From positions 4,149,812-4,213,811 of the forward strand of contig NC_092675.1 in assembly GCF_964355755.1 (NCBI RefSeq): a stretch of 64,000 bases of DNA, read 5' to 3'. The DNA comes from Antedon mediterranea. Lineage: Eukaryota; Animalia; Echinodermata. The notes below the pieces were generated by a model. It was given only the letters and a program-made list of their open reading frames with translations. It did no database searches and had not been told where the DNA came from. This document shows positions 14,560 through 28,832 of the stretch, piece after piece (the first letter of the stretch is position 1; the number at the start of each line of letters is the position of its first letter). The position numbers and the translations under genes were made by a program.

Positions 14560-15145
14560 AAGATAAAAAAATATATATATATATATTTAAATGTTTGCAA
14601 TTAGAGTATATAACAATAAATGATTAGTGATACTAAAAAGTTCCCAGCGCTCTGTATGAGACTTTACAACCTCCAACTGAGCGACCCATGCTATGGTGAT
14701 GAAAAATGTTTTTAAAAATTAGTACATGCCTATAGTTGATAGAAAGTAAATTTAAATTATGATTTATGGAGTTGTCTGGGTAGAGGTCAAAGGGTATCTG
14801 ACAAGGGTCGACCCCTATTTATTAAATATAATGAGAAGAATTTCTTTTCATGGCCTCTAAAATTATTTTATTTGAAAAGTATGTACAGAATTTAAAATGT
14901 CTTTGTTAAATTGAACCTAATTTTTGAACATGCACTAGTTTGTCATTCCACCCTTGTCTAAAAAAGTTGCACATGTAGCAATGTGATTTAGGGGAAGAAT
15001 TTTATTTGTATAAAATACCTCCATGATTGAATTAACCATGGTCTGAAAATGCTGCCTAAATGGGCAGTATGCTTTGTAAGTCGGGTTTGAGATTTGCAAC
15101 ATGGACTTGATGAATAACAGCCTCACTTTTTTGCTTGTTTCTCAG

Positions 15146-18100
15146 ATGGTATAGACATAGACAGTACAGAAGAGAGTGCATTCATAGTAGATTTGGATAC
15201 ATTTCCATCAGAGTTTGGAAGCGGAGGTGAATTCAGTGGAGATGATGAGTTTGGCAGTGGAAGTGGTACAGATGAAGAGGCAACAACAGCATCCGCCGTC
15301 ATCGAAACGAAGGATCCGTGTGATGAAATCACATGCCAAAATGAAGGTGTCTGTCTACGAGAATCACAGAATTTCAGATGTAGATGTCCACTGGGCACTT
15401 TCGGAGATCTTTGTGAAGAATGTGAGTATATTGCAGAAAATGCAATTCTATTTTTGTTTCTTGTGTTCTTTCTCTGAACTAGATTTTAATTTTCTGCAAA
15501 TTTTATTAATATATTGTGCTAGCCAGAGATTGCCATTTGAATATCCTTTCATATAGCATACAAATGTATTTATTTATTTATCCATCCATATATCCGTGTT
15601 ATGTCTATCCATCTGTCCATCTAACCATTCATTATCCATTCATTTCATCTATCCATACATCATCTTTGATTCCTTTGTTTATCTATCCATCCATTCAACT
15701 GATAATCCACACATTCATCTATCTTTCCATCCATTTATCAATTCATTTCATCTATCCATACATTCATCTATTGATCCCTCCTGTCCATCCATTCAACTAA
15801 TAATTCACGCATTCATCTATTTTTCCATTCATTTATCAATTCATTTCATCTATCCATTTGTTCATATATTGATCCATCCGTTCATCTATCTGTCCATCCC
15901 TCTATTAATCCTTACACTCATCTGTCTATCCATCCATTTATAAATTCATTTCATCTATCCATTCATTCATATATTGATTCATCCGTTCATCTATCTCTCC
16001 ATCCATCTATTAATCCTTACACTCATCTGTCCATCCATTTATCTATTATTCATCACAACAAGCAGTTTTTAAAATGAATAATTTTCTTGTTATTTTTTTT
16101 TTTACAGTTATTGATATTTCATATCCTCAATTCTATGGTCATTCTTACATGTACTTTGAGAAGCCTGTAAGTATCAACATGTATGATGCCTTTGAGATGA
16201 CTATAAAATTCAAAACGATGGACCGTGATGGCATTCTCGTTTTTGGAAGTCAAATGGAATCACCGCGAGGAGATTTCTTCTCCCTCGAGCTACGTGATGG
16301 AATGATTGAATTTAGGTGAAGAAATTTTAACATTTGTTCAAACGGATCAACCTAAGTGGTTGCTGGTCTTTATTTATAAATCTCTCTACTAAATAGAAAA
16401 TATTTTTAGTAAAAATGTAACAAAAGTTTTGATTTCTGTTAAAAAAGGCTTTTACTAGTACTAGTATAAAAGTGGTTGTTGTTGTATGTCAAACTACATA
16501 TCATTTGTGTTTTCTAAAATATAGTAAAAGCTAATCAACAGGCATAACTACAGTTTCTTACAGGCTATAAAACTGTTGACAATTCCAGCAACTTTAATCA
16601 TTTAACAGTTTACTTTGATCATATTTCGGCTTTATTATTAATATATAAAAGCAATGTTAGCCTTTAGTGTAAGTGCTCATTAAAATGCGAAGTTTTTGCA
16701 TTGACTGATTGAACCTAGGATAGTAGGGTTACAAGTAGTGCACTCAACTAGTTTCCCATTTCCAATTAAAAGCTTAACGTTTGGTCATTATCCAAGTCGC
16801 TGCCTATATCCCTTTATTGCTTATATCCCTTTATTGCTTAGTAACAATAAATCAGTTGCTGCAGACATCGTATGCGCCATGTCACCTAATAAAAAATATC
16901 TGTAATTGCTAATGTTTGATACATTTTAGTTGAAAAGTTATATTTTGTCTTACAGGTTTAGCCTTGGTCTACCGGAAGTCAAGATCACAAGCAAATCTGA
17001 GATAGATTTGATGGACTGGCATACTATAACAATTAAAAGGGACAACAACATCGCAAATATGGTCATTGATGGAGGAGAACGTTTAACCATTGTTGCAGAG
17101 GTTTGTATATCCCATGATTCATAGCTATCAGCGACTTTCACGCACAGGTTACGAATATATAATCACCTTGATGCATTTAAATTTTTGTATCATCTATTTT
17201 GTTAATGATGTGGATGTCTCATTATGATGTTAATAGTTTATAATGTACTAGGTAATATGCGTGTATGTTGCTAGAATACGTTGAACTTTTGAACCCTTCC
17301 TTTTTAGCCCTTAAGCTTTAATAAATAAAAAAATAATCCCAATGCAATCTGGTACGTTCAACAATTTTTATTGTACAAATCCTGTGGTTTTCCTGTTTTT
17401 ATAGGTACATTTAGTAACACTCTGAATTCATTTAAATTAACATTTTATGTCTTTTTTCCCTACAAAGGCTGCAGGAAATAAATTAATTTTAACATATGCA
17501 ACTGTAAATGTATATGTACGAGTATGTATTAAGTTTAAAATGCATAGTGTAAGAAGCATTATACACAGTAGAAGTAATATAAAATATAATATAATAGAAT
17601 ATATCTGAGATAATGAAAAGATGATGTTAAATAATTGTTTTTTGTTATGTTAATAAAAAGTAATAAAAAATAGATTTCTTGTACAATAGAATACCTCCCT
17701 TTCAACACCTGCATTCATATTAACATTAATATAAAGATGCATTGAATTCTCGTTAGTTGGCTGAATTCTCTGTTGACACAGAGGCGTACATACGTTGTCA
17801 GTGACACCACTTAGTGTATAAACCCTTCAGCAAGCGTAAAAATGCGTGTTTATTCCTACCTCATAATCATTGTACATGCAACATTTTGCATCATCACCTT
17901 CAATAGGTTGTATTGTACAATGAGAGTTTTATTTTAACGTTACAATGTAATATATTTGAAGTTGAGTTTTCATTTATCTTTACAAATTAAAAAAAAAAAA
18001 AAATTTTATTAACCGGCTTAGTATTCCCTTACGGACGAAACCCACCCACAATGATTAGATAATAGCAGAGCTGGAAAGTCGTAGGGGGATACAGGCTAGT

Positions 18101-21100
18101 TAACTTTTAAAAACAACAGAACACATATTGATTCGAAACCGAAGGAGGATGAAGTATAATTGATGATGAAGTGAGAGATATTGTAACATAATAAGCAATT
18201 CTATTGAGTTTAAGTCCTATCAACATTTTTATTTGGTATAATCTACTATTCTATTATGTACTGTACATAGCCTGTCTCAAATAAAAACTTATTGTACCAA
18301 ACCAATAAAACTTGTCAAGCCAAGGGAGAACTGTTATACTGCTCTACCAAGTTATGGAGTGACTTAATAAGATTATAACCTCCAATTTAAAAGATGTGAA
18401 TGTTATTGTTAAAAATCTTTTTTTTATCTAGAATATTGCCCTATTATTTTTCTTCAGGACACTTACCGAAAAATGTCATTGAACCAGAAGATCTACATCG
18501 GAGGTCACACCGTTGATGCGTATCATAAAAATGAGGGCAAAGGTCTTACCGGCTGTATCGAGGAATTGAAGATCAATGACTATATCTTTGATATGAGACA
18601 AACCCCATTGGGTGATGCAATTAATGGAATAGATGTTGGTATGTTTTATTTATTTTTTTTATTAGAAATTCGACACATTAGCAATATATATACATAAATA
18701 TTCATAGAGAGAAAAAAAAGAGGTACATAGACAATGGAACAATAATGATAATAATAACCAGGTTAATGATGTGTCCAGAGAGAATAAAGAGGTACATAGA
18801 CAATGGTACAATAATGATAATAATAACCAGGTTAATGTTGTGTCCAGAGAAAAAAAAGAGGTACATAGACAATGGTACAATAATGATAATAATAACCAGG
18901 TTAATGTTGTGTCCAGAGAAAAAAAAGAGGTACATAGACAATGGAACAATAATGATAATAATAACCAGGTTAATGATGTGTCCAGAGAAAAAAAAGAGGT
19001 ACATATACTGTACAATGGTACAATAATGATAATAATAACCAGGTTAATGATGTGTCCAGAGAAAAAAAGAGGTACATATACTGTACAATGGTACAATAAT
19101 GATAATAATAACCAGGTTAATGATGTGTCCAGAGAGAATAAAGAGGTACATAGACAATGGTACAATAATGATAATAATAACCAGGTTTAATGTTGTGTCC
19201 AGAGAAAAAAAAGAGGTACATATACTGTACAATGGTACAATAATGATAATAATAACCAGGTTAATGGTGTGTCCAGAGAGAATAATGTGCTGACAAAAGG
19301 GAATTCTCTCTAATAAACCACTAACCTGCGAAAAGAAAACATTGAGTACATTAAAATAAATTAAAAAAAATATATATATATTTAAGATTTAAAAATGTTT
19401 TTATTTACTTTATTACAGTGTTGTGCATTCATGATGTTTTTAAACTTGTCATTTTAGATAATATTGTCCTATTAATAAAAGTACTTTATACTTGCCAAAA
19501 AGAACATAAATTTGTTTAATGTATTAAAATAAAATAACCAATGAATAATTGTCCCAAATATTTCCAATTTAATTTTTTTTAATATTAGTAAGCAGTGGAG
19601 TATTATACTATCTGATTTTCTATATTTATATGATATGATATACTTAAGTATTTCACTATAAAACATTATAATTGTAAATGATTTAAATATATAATTTTTG
19701 ATGGGTAAATGTTGAATATTGGTTTGTTTGTTCATAGATCATATTATGCTTCTTCTCAAGTTGAGTTCATGTTTCTAACTGCTTTGGCTTTAGTGAGAAT
19801 GCTATGGAAATGATCATGTTAATTTTTAATTGTCACTAATATAATATTATTAAATATTTGTGTTTAATTTTGAATACTGTTAAATAAACAATACATATAC
19901 ATTTAACTGTACATTTTGCAGATTTTTGCAAAAGAAATGGTATTTACTGACAGAATTTAAAGGAAAAATCTTATTACCATAACAACACTTGTTATTTTCC
20001 TAAGACGACAATTCCAGAAATTGCTCGTTTAATTTAAGAAAATACAAAATTAGATTGTTCATTGAGGATAATCAACAAAGCCTTAATTGCAGCGGTGTCC
20101 TCGTTAATTTCCCTTTTAATTTATTAACTCAATTGAAACAGGCGAATGCAGTAGTGGATTGTGTATGGCCGACGCTTGCGTGAATGGTGGATCCTGCGTA
20201 GTGACGTCAACGATGAACTATCAGTGTCTCTGTCAACTTGGATTTGGTGGTGTTTCATGCGAGCTTGGTATGTATACAAGTTGATTCAATAACTGTTCCA
20301 AGGTTTTTGTGAATGATTGATAATTGATGTATATTAATATTGATGATGTTGAACTGATGAAGGGCTAGAGTTGCCCGAAAGATTTTTCTGGCTCTTTTAC
20401 AATATGGTTTTGATTGAGCTTTTTGCTTATTTTATTTTTTATCTCCGTTGAGATTCAGCCACTGATATTTTCAGCATTGAAATTTTTTCAGTAATTTGCC
20501 TTTGGATTTAATAATATTGATTGCTAATGTATTAATGTATAAATTGATGATGATAATGATGATGTTAATCAATGATTATAATATATAGATCCATAATTAT
20601 AGTATGTATAGATAACACGGTTTACAGCTTAGCGTAACAAAATACTGCAGAAAGCTAATTTACTGCAGTAAAAAATTCAGTACTAAACTATGTTTCTAAA
20701 ACACTATCAAACTTTATTTGACAAAAAAATGTGATGTGCCCATATATGGACATGATGATGTCATATCACTACTATATTTTGGCATATCACCACCATATAA
20801 TTTGGGCAAATCACACTTTTTTGTCAAACTAGTTTGATAGTGTAGACAGAGCTTTACTCATATTGTTTTATTATAGTTTTATGAATACAAATTGAACATT
20901 ATCTTACGTTATCCACAGAACTCGATTTAATAGTGCCCTCGTTTGGTGGCTATTCATACCTGGCGTTCGAAGGTCTTAATAAGAAACATCTGACGTTCTT
21001 TGAATTGTCCATGATCGTCAAACCGCACAAGCCGAACGGTGTCCTCGCTTACTGCGCTCAGAGTTCAGACGGCAACGGCGACTTTGTTTCGCTAAACCTT

Positions 21101-24100
21101 GTCAATGGTTATGTGGAGTTTAGGTTTGACTGTGGTTCCGGTCCAGCAATTGTCAGGTAAGTAAATTGTACTGTAAGGTTATCGTACTAAAATATATGTT
21201 TTTTGAGAACAAAGTTCTAGTTCATGTATACCATTAGGTTTCCACTATAAATCTAGAATGTTTTACTTTGTGACTTTTATACCCCGAGTGTTTGCCATAA
21301 TTGTTTAAATATAAAGTATGATGACCTGTGGCAAAAGCAAAAAAACATCCAGTTGTTTGTTATGAATATACTTCAAAGGGTATATGAATGAATATGAAAC
21401 ATGTGGAACACAACATTTATAGAAAATTAAGAAGCCCACCTGCATAAATGTGACCAACCCATGTGCGACTATACTCAAATGAGATTCTGTGCAGTAAAAG
21501 ATGATGAAAGGGTTAATGAAATGTAGACCAAAATATATATCCCACCATATTAGAAGTATACATTCTTAAAAGCTAATTAGATGTTTAAAAATAATGTCAA
21601 AATACTTATAAATGTTTCCTTATTTTACACCTTTAAAGTTGACTTTGAAATATATATATATGGCCCAATCCCGTCATGACAGACGATAACCTCAGGTCCA
21701 AAATCTAGTCTAAGCTAGGTACTTCTATGGTACTGTTGAGTTCCGTTCCAGGGTTCATTTATTTGGTAAAATATTTGTATACAGTAATTTATAAACATCT
21801 GCAATTAGGTTTTTAAACTACTCTGCTGGTGACGAATCTACGAAAACAATCTCTAAATATTAATAAACAACTGAGCTTTACAAAACTCTAAACAAAAGAT
21901 AATGGATGGTCATACAGTATCTTATATTTTGGTCAAACACGTGATAATCAACATTCGTGGCATTAGTGCTTTCAGAACTACAGGAAACATAAACGCCTTA
22001 ATGTCATTTTATACACGCATAGCAAAGTGATTGTTTTATGTGTTAACGTCAAACATGGACATTCATCACATTCCTGCAGGTGCTGTTCACAGTCGCGCAA
22101 TATGTATGTGCACTTTTGTTGAGTGGACAATCGTAAAATGGATTACTTTGCATGTTAATTTCTATAGGAGTCCCAAATGACATGTAATTATTGATTGAAA
22201 CATGATGAGAAATTAAATTTGTTTATATTCATTTTAGTGTTTAGATATTAACATTAAAATATGATAATGTAAAGATGAAAACAGATTGGAGCTGTCTATC
22301 CTGAATAATTTTTTCCATATACCCATGTGATCCTTCATCAGTATTCATCCAGATCCAGATCCACAGTGGAGCACATTGTCCATATTTATTATTATATTAT
22401 TGTTGGAAATGCTCTCGAAAAAATCCGTAAAAGCAGAGGATATAAACTACTTAAAAAATATTATTATAGATTTTTAAAAATGTTTCAGACATTCTCCAAT
22501 TCTGAATATCTGGTTTTTGTATTTTAAGTATTTAATTAATGGTTGCATGTTTTTATTATGCAGGTCATCTGAGAAACTAGACCTCAACAAGTGGAATTCT
22601 GTCGCTATTTCACGTACAGGGCGGGATGCTGTCTTGATGGTTAACGATGTAGGTGAGGTGAAAGGAATGTCTCCAGGTGGCTTCTCGCAAACCACATTTA
22701 AAACTGATCTATTCATCGGTGGAGTTCCTAATTACGATAATGTAGCTAGTAAAGCAGAGCTAAGTGTTGGAATGGTTGGAGATATTCAAAGGGTATGTCT
22801 AATTATATTCAGTACCTGAAGGAAAAATATCATTTCACTACAGTCTTTCAACAATTTAAGCATCACATTTTGGATTGTACGGTAGTAAATGAACTCAAGA
22901 TACGTATAATACCTTAAGTTACCTTCATACTGAACCTGGATTCCAGTTGCTGGATAATCCTGGAAATGAGAGTAGTGATTAGGAATAAAAATGAACCTTT
23001 AATAAGTTATGTTCACTGATTCCAGTTGCTAGATAATCCTGAAAATGATGATGAGCAGTGATTAAGAAACGTACCCATTTCAGATTCTGTAAAAAAACAT
23101 GTGTGAATGCAGTGTCTGAAAATGGAGATTTTCAGCAACTGGACCGAATATAGAATAAGTGTGAATAGCTTTTATAACATTCGATAGTAGTATAATTATT
23201 AGTAATTACAATTATCACAATTTTCATTTATATTCATCCCTCTATTTTACATTTAGTTGAAAATTGATGGCTTCCCAGTTGATTTAGTAAATGACGCCTT
23301 GTATGGTATTGGAATCGTCAATGCTAATCATCATTGTACAAACCAACCCTGTCAAAATGATGCTGTTTGCCAAGCAGATTATGATCAACATAAGTGTCAC
23401 TGTCACTTAAGCTATTATGGTGAAAACTGCGAAAATGGTAAGTTTTTTTCCTCGCATAAATAAGTTACATATTGGTTGTTATTGATTTACTACTGGAGTT
23501 GTAGCTTGGTTTATTAGCTGATTTTTTAATATTATATTTTTAATTTTCTTAGAACATGACATCAAGATAGAAGTACCAATGTTTAGTGGAATGAGTTACT
23601 TGAAATTTACAGACACAAACATTTTAAAAAGGTAAATATATTATTTTTTTAAATGTTTCATTTTATATGTAAAAATAAAAAAAACACAGATAACAATACC
23701 AATACTGTTAATATAAAGTTTGTAGTACACCACGCATATTAGGTCTGAGAAGAACTGTTGAGTTTCTCAATATGCTTTGATCTTAAAGATCTATGCTTCG
23801 CACAGATCTTAATATATGCATCCTCCATGTACTAGGTTGTAGTAGTTGTGTAGTATGTGGAAAATAAATTAAATTGAATTGAATTGAATCGTCCTCAGGA
23901 GTGAGAAATGCCAATACTCCACTTAAAACTTGAAAACTTTGTTACAAAATGTATCATAATTGGGAAATCCCCTTCATTAGTTTTGGTGATAACATAACAT
24001 TGCCTACCATACACAATCTAGGATTTATATTTATGTGGGGTTTTTATTGTCAAATTTCTATGGAAAATGAAAGCAATATGAAATCTGATGAGACAATATT

Positions 24101-25435
24101 GATAAAATCCTCTTCAGTATTTCCGTATCAAAAGCTATTAGCCTTAATAGATAATAAAAACTATGTCTTAATGATATTTTCTTTGTTCTTCCTTTAGATT
24201 GACTGGTTTGACCACAGACATAAGAGTGGATTTCAAAACAGTTAGCAATGAAGGTCTAATGTTATGGACAGGTCAGGATGCCATGACCTCATCTAGTGAT
24301 TTCATGAGTTTAGGTCTACAAAATGGTATCCTCAGGCTAAGGTAAGAAAGTTATTGTTTTCTCCTACTTTTAAGCTCTGTCTACACTATCAAATTTTATT
24401 TTTGATAATGTAGACAGAGCACCTGTCTACATTATCAAACTTTATGAGACAAAAAAATGTGATGTGCCCATATATGGACATAATTATGTCATATCACTAC
24501 TATATTTAGGCATATCATTATCATAGTTGTGCAGATCACACTTTTTTTGTCAAACTAGTTTGATAGTGTGGACAAAGCTTTAAGTTTCTGTGTGCTGAAC
24601 CAGATTTCAGAGGCTGTGTTCATATTTATCATTTTTGTAGAGTTTTGTGACGCCTGAATTCGTATACTGTACACCACAACCTTTCAGTTAAGATTTTAAA
24701 CTTGCACAATATATTCTAATAACAATATTGAATTTGCTCTATTTAAAATTATAAATACATATTTATTTTGAAGCTATAACCTTGGAAGTGGTGAGACATC
24801 TGTGACTGCAAATACATCTATAAATGATGGAGAATGGCATACAGTAAGCATTAGTCGTATAGGTAGAGAGGCCAAGATGACAGTGGACAAGAAAGAAATT
24901 GTAAGCGCTGTCACCAAGGGCTCATTATCCTATCTTAACACAAATAACGGAATGTTTATAGGTGAGTTGATAAACGTTTGGTGATCAGTAATAATGTTAT
25001 ATGTGGGGATTAGGAGTGAAGCACTCTCAGTATGTGCTTTTTTCTCATGGTCACAGACTGGTACTACCCAACACACTTAAGGCCAGTTCAGACTTAGTTA
25101 TTTCCCCGGGTAAGTTCGCTTCATGGACCAATTATTGGGTGGTTAGATCACCAACTTACCTCGTTCTTAGTTTCTCGTGTAAATGGTTGCTATAAGGATA
25201 CAATTTAAACCCTGTTGAACAATTAAGAAAGACATTTGTTATTATACAGTAATAAGAGTTTAATCTTTTCTTTTCAGGTGGAATGAATGACATCGAAGCT
25301 TTGACGTTAAACCGTTATTATGCTGGATTTCAAGGCTGTATTCGCAACGTTGAACTTGCCAGCAAAGTTGGCACTGTCGTCGTCGAACTAGTTGGTGGCG
25401 CCCAGGAAGGCCGAAATATCCACCACTGTACCTAA
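15146..25435 (+). CDS. EGFLAM: Pikachurin/EGFLAM-like protein, 3' part (EGF-LamG-EGF-LamG-EGF-LamG); 5' exons not found in window
   Basis: 12 GT-AG exons in continuous phase: 15146-15421, 16108-16315, 16956-17100, 18458-18638, 20142-20267, 20919-21156, 22564-22792, 23257-23437, 23553-23631, 24198-24341, 24774-24961, 25278-25435 (TAA). The peptides IDISYPQFYGHSY and [24 protein letters not shown] closely resemble pikachurin as I recall it ([35 protein letters not shown]). Three six-Cys EGF modules and LamG motifs (DFFSLEL.DG..EFRF, DGEWHTV.ISR.GR) are present. Confidence 0.88.
15570..16055. repeat. Degenerate (TCCA/TCTA/TTCA)n microsatellite with a larger internal duplication
   Basis: Nearly G-free tetranucleotide repeats fill the intron between EGFLAM exons; ~15835-15940 is repeated at ~15942-16040. 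Confidence 0.85.
18706..19285. repeat. 69-bp minisatellite, ~8 copies, in EGFLAM intron
   Basis: Unit CCAGAGAAAAAAAAGAGGTACATAGACAATGGTACAATAATGATAATAATAACCAGGTTAATGTTGTGT; period 69 (18844 to 18913); some units carry a small insertion. Confidence 0.95.
20691..20853. mobile_element. MITE family A (PIF/Harbinger, Tourist-like)
   Basis: TIR AGCTCTGTCTACACTATCAAACT (left end degenerate) with palindromic interior TGTGATGTGCCC...CACATCACA. Confidence 0.8.
24373..24579. mobile_element. MITE family A, tandem mini-copy plus full copy
   Basis: TIR-only unit at 24373-24420 abutting a full unit at 24421-24579. Confidence 0.8.
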
Positions 25436-27750
25436 TCAATTATAGGCCTTATAGTGAAAATTTAAAAAAAATTATTAAATTGTCCACAGTGAACTGAATG
25501 TTTTGGGTCTGTAACATAGATACAATTCACCATAGATGTCAGGGTATGGAAGCAATGCGGAATAATTGTATACTATTGTAGAATATTAAGAATCTTTAAT
25601 TGGATATGAAGTGAAGGATCATTGGAAATACCAAGTTGTTGAATCATACTCTAAATTCCTATAATATTAGGAATTTGCTAATGCCAAAGTATAATAATTG
25701 ATATTAGCAATCTAAAAATCTAATAAATGAAAGAATTCAATTATCATCCAATATGTATAATTCATAATGGAATTTGTAAAATCATTTTCTACGGAGTACG
25801 TTTAGTCTGATACAGCTATTTATAGTCAGCACAGTGGCAAACTAATAAACTACAAATTGTTAATAATTATTTTATAAAAGCAAATTGGCATAATACATAC
25901 ATATGAATATACTAATGTTAACGTTCACTGATGCAGAATAAATTTCAATGTTCACACACCTACCTACTTACTGCATGTAGGCCAGAATATGTATACTGTG
26001 TCTGTGTACATGGGGTTAATTTATACCATTCCTTGTGACCAAATTGTAAGGTATTCAATGTTGAAAGATGATGTTCAATAGTTTATTTAAGTTTATATAA
26101 ATCATAATCAAAATGGTATTCTTCAAAAGGTAACATATCAAATTTTAGCTGTAGCTTATTTTTATCATCATAATCATCATTATCATCATTGTGATAAAAT
26201 CCTGTATTAATGTATATTTTTAAGCCTTAACTCTGAGGTGAGAAGGAAATTTGATAGCTACACCTTCCATTATACATAGATGTAAACTGTTGTATCCACA
26301 ATTGTATTGACTTCTCTTGTGGACAATGTAAATCTGTATATATTAATGCTAAAACAAAGGGTTAATTGACAATTCTAGGGTTAAAAAAACAACAAATAAA
26401 AAAACAGAAATAATTAAAACGTTATATATAACTTCCTTGGCCAGCTACGTAAAACAGGACAAAAAAAAAAAGAGTTATTTTTTTTACACCATAGAGGACA
26501 ATACAGTTGCATTGAGCTTATACTTGATGGTGCTTTAAATTTGGGTGTAAAATGTAAATTTGCTGTTAAAATGTACCAAATATAGCAAATCCTTCCATTA
26601 GTGGCATGTGTAAACTGTTTGTTTGAGTATTACAGAAAATGTTTATTAATTTTTAGAATGTTCAAAAAGTATTTTTCCAGATAGAACTGAATAGTAAATG
26701 TCTGAAAACAAATAGGGAATGAAAATGATGGAAGTTTGTTAGGAACTGTACATGTATATAGATAATGATAAATAATGGACATACAGTGTTGATGAGAGGT
26801 TTAGTAGGAGAAGAACTGTGGTATTTTCATTTGATGGAGGTAACATTCAATTTGGCATGGTGCTGACTTGGAAAGCAATACTGGATCTTATCCTATTTTT
26901 TTTATATAGTTTTCATTGATTAAAAAAGTGATTTTTATGTTATTAAACAAATGTTATTGTTAATGTTTTATGAATAGTAATTTGAATATACTACTACTAA
27001 TCTTTTTTGGTAGGTAGAGTACCTTTATAAAATAGCACTGTTATTAGGAGTATCTTGAAATCAAAGTATTAGGAGTACATGAGTGACAAAGGAAAGTTTA
27101 GAACAAATTATAATTTCCATATAAAACCCATTGGTCAGCTAGTTTTAAAAATCCATCAGAAAACCTTATTTCAATATTTGTTTTCACTATGTTACGGATA
27201 TTTACAGTGTATACAGAACACAAATGTTAATTTGTTATTGCCAATTATGTTACATGAAAGTTTATTTTTTAAAAATGGCTTTTACTGTTTGAAATATTTT
27301 TTAAAAACATCTTTTAAATGATGTACAATTTTTAAAGAATTTGTGTATTTTGTTTACTTTGAAAAAGAGTTTTGTTAAGGACATTTTGGTGCTTGAGTAC
27401 GTACCTAAATACATTATTTTAATGTTTATTTTTACATTGTTGTATTTTTTTTTTCTCCATAATTTTTTAACAATTTTTTCTTGATATGATATATATTGCA
27501 TATAGTAGTGCCACTGTAGAATTTTGTACTAAAGCTTACATATGTATTAAAAGTGTAATGCTGTAAATATTTCTGTTTCGGTTTTGAAGTTGTCATTGTC
27601 AAGTTTGTAGAAAATGTGCATAGATTTGTGACACATATTGACATCAAAATTTAACATATTGTAACAAATTGATAAAACAAATTGGTATGTGTGAAAGCAT
27701 TTCCATTTTACATCGATATCAAATTTCAGAAAAAAATGGACATTAATGTA

Positions 27751-27879
27751 AGCTCTGTTTACACTATCAGACAAAAAGTGTGATGTACCCAAATATGGTG
27801 GTGATATGATGTCATCGCTTCCATACATGGGCACATCATGTTATTTTGTTACATAAAGTTTGATAGTGTAGACAGAGCC
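27751..27879. mobile_element. MITE family A
   Basis: AGCTCTGTTTACACTATCA...TGATAGTGTAGACAGAGCC. Confidence 0.85.
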
Positions 27880-28172
27880 TAACACAGCAGTGTTTGCATA
27901 TAGAGAATGTGCATCTCTTTCTATGATTTTTTTACATGTTGTTTACATATCACCGCAACAAACGTGTGTGAAAGCATTGTAAAGTGGGTAGGATTATATC
28001 AAGAGATATCCATTCCATACATTTTGTACGTATGAAATGCCTTCTGGCATACCCACAAAGTATGTCAGTCTGGAAATTATGGATTTTCTGTGGTCTATTT
28101 CCTTGTGTCATCGTATCCTGTATATTTTGGTAACTACAACCAGAGAAAATGTCAGCATCACAATCACATAAA

Positions 28173-28322
28173 ATAAGCGACTTCGATAACTCAAGAAGGC
28201 GCCATATTTATAAGGTCAATCGGGGAAACAAATTAAAATTTACATCACTGCGCTAACCTCTACGCGAAACTTTTTGTCCCAATTGACCTTGTAAATATTG
28301 AAAATTATTGAAGTTGTTTATA
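28173..28322. mobile_element. Degenerate palindromic (foldback/MITE) element
   Basis: ATAAGCGACTTCGATAA...AAGGTCAATCGGG pairs with CCCAATTGACCTT...TTATTGAAGTTGTTTAT. Confidence 0.55.
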
Positions 28323-28698
28323 GCTTAAAAAACAAGATGGTAGAAGGTGACGATTGCGTAATGATGCATAAAATTGTGTAGTTTCATTCCGCTCAGCCCC
28401 GTGAGCTGTACCTGTGAATTTAAATCTGCATTTTTATAACAACCACTGATGGCTAGAACTTCCAATTTATTCATTTCTCAAAAAAAAAGTCTTGTCTTTT
28501 ACGTCATCAGTGCTATATTGGTGATAATATACATAAATAGTGTTGAAGGCAATAATGAGTGCTATCTAGGTTACAACAACATATTTATTGAATAAAACCT
28601 CAAGCAGTTTTTAACCTGCTTCTTTCACTTATCAACCCAAGCACTTGGCCTATCAGAAGACAGAGTTGATGAACATGTGATATTAGCCTAGGTTTGTA

Positions 28699-28832
28699 AG
28701 CTCTGTCTACACTATCAAACTAGTTTGACAAAAAAAGTGTGATGTTCCTAAATATGGTAGTGATAAGACATGTCCATATATGGGCACATCACATTTTTTT
28801 GTCACATAAGGTTTGATACTGTAGACGGAGCT
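28699..28832. mobile_element. MITE family A
   Basis: Both TIRs present. Confidence 0.85.

Noticed and set aside
15516-15943. Ile/His/Pro/Ser-rich ORFs
   Set aside because: Translations of a degenerate tetranucleotide microsatellite in an intron.
18662-19293. Six overlapping ORFs on both strands
   Set aside because: By-products of the 69-bp (23-codon) intronic minisatellite; the EGFLAM exon chain is in phase without them.
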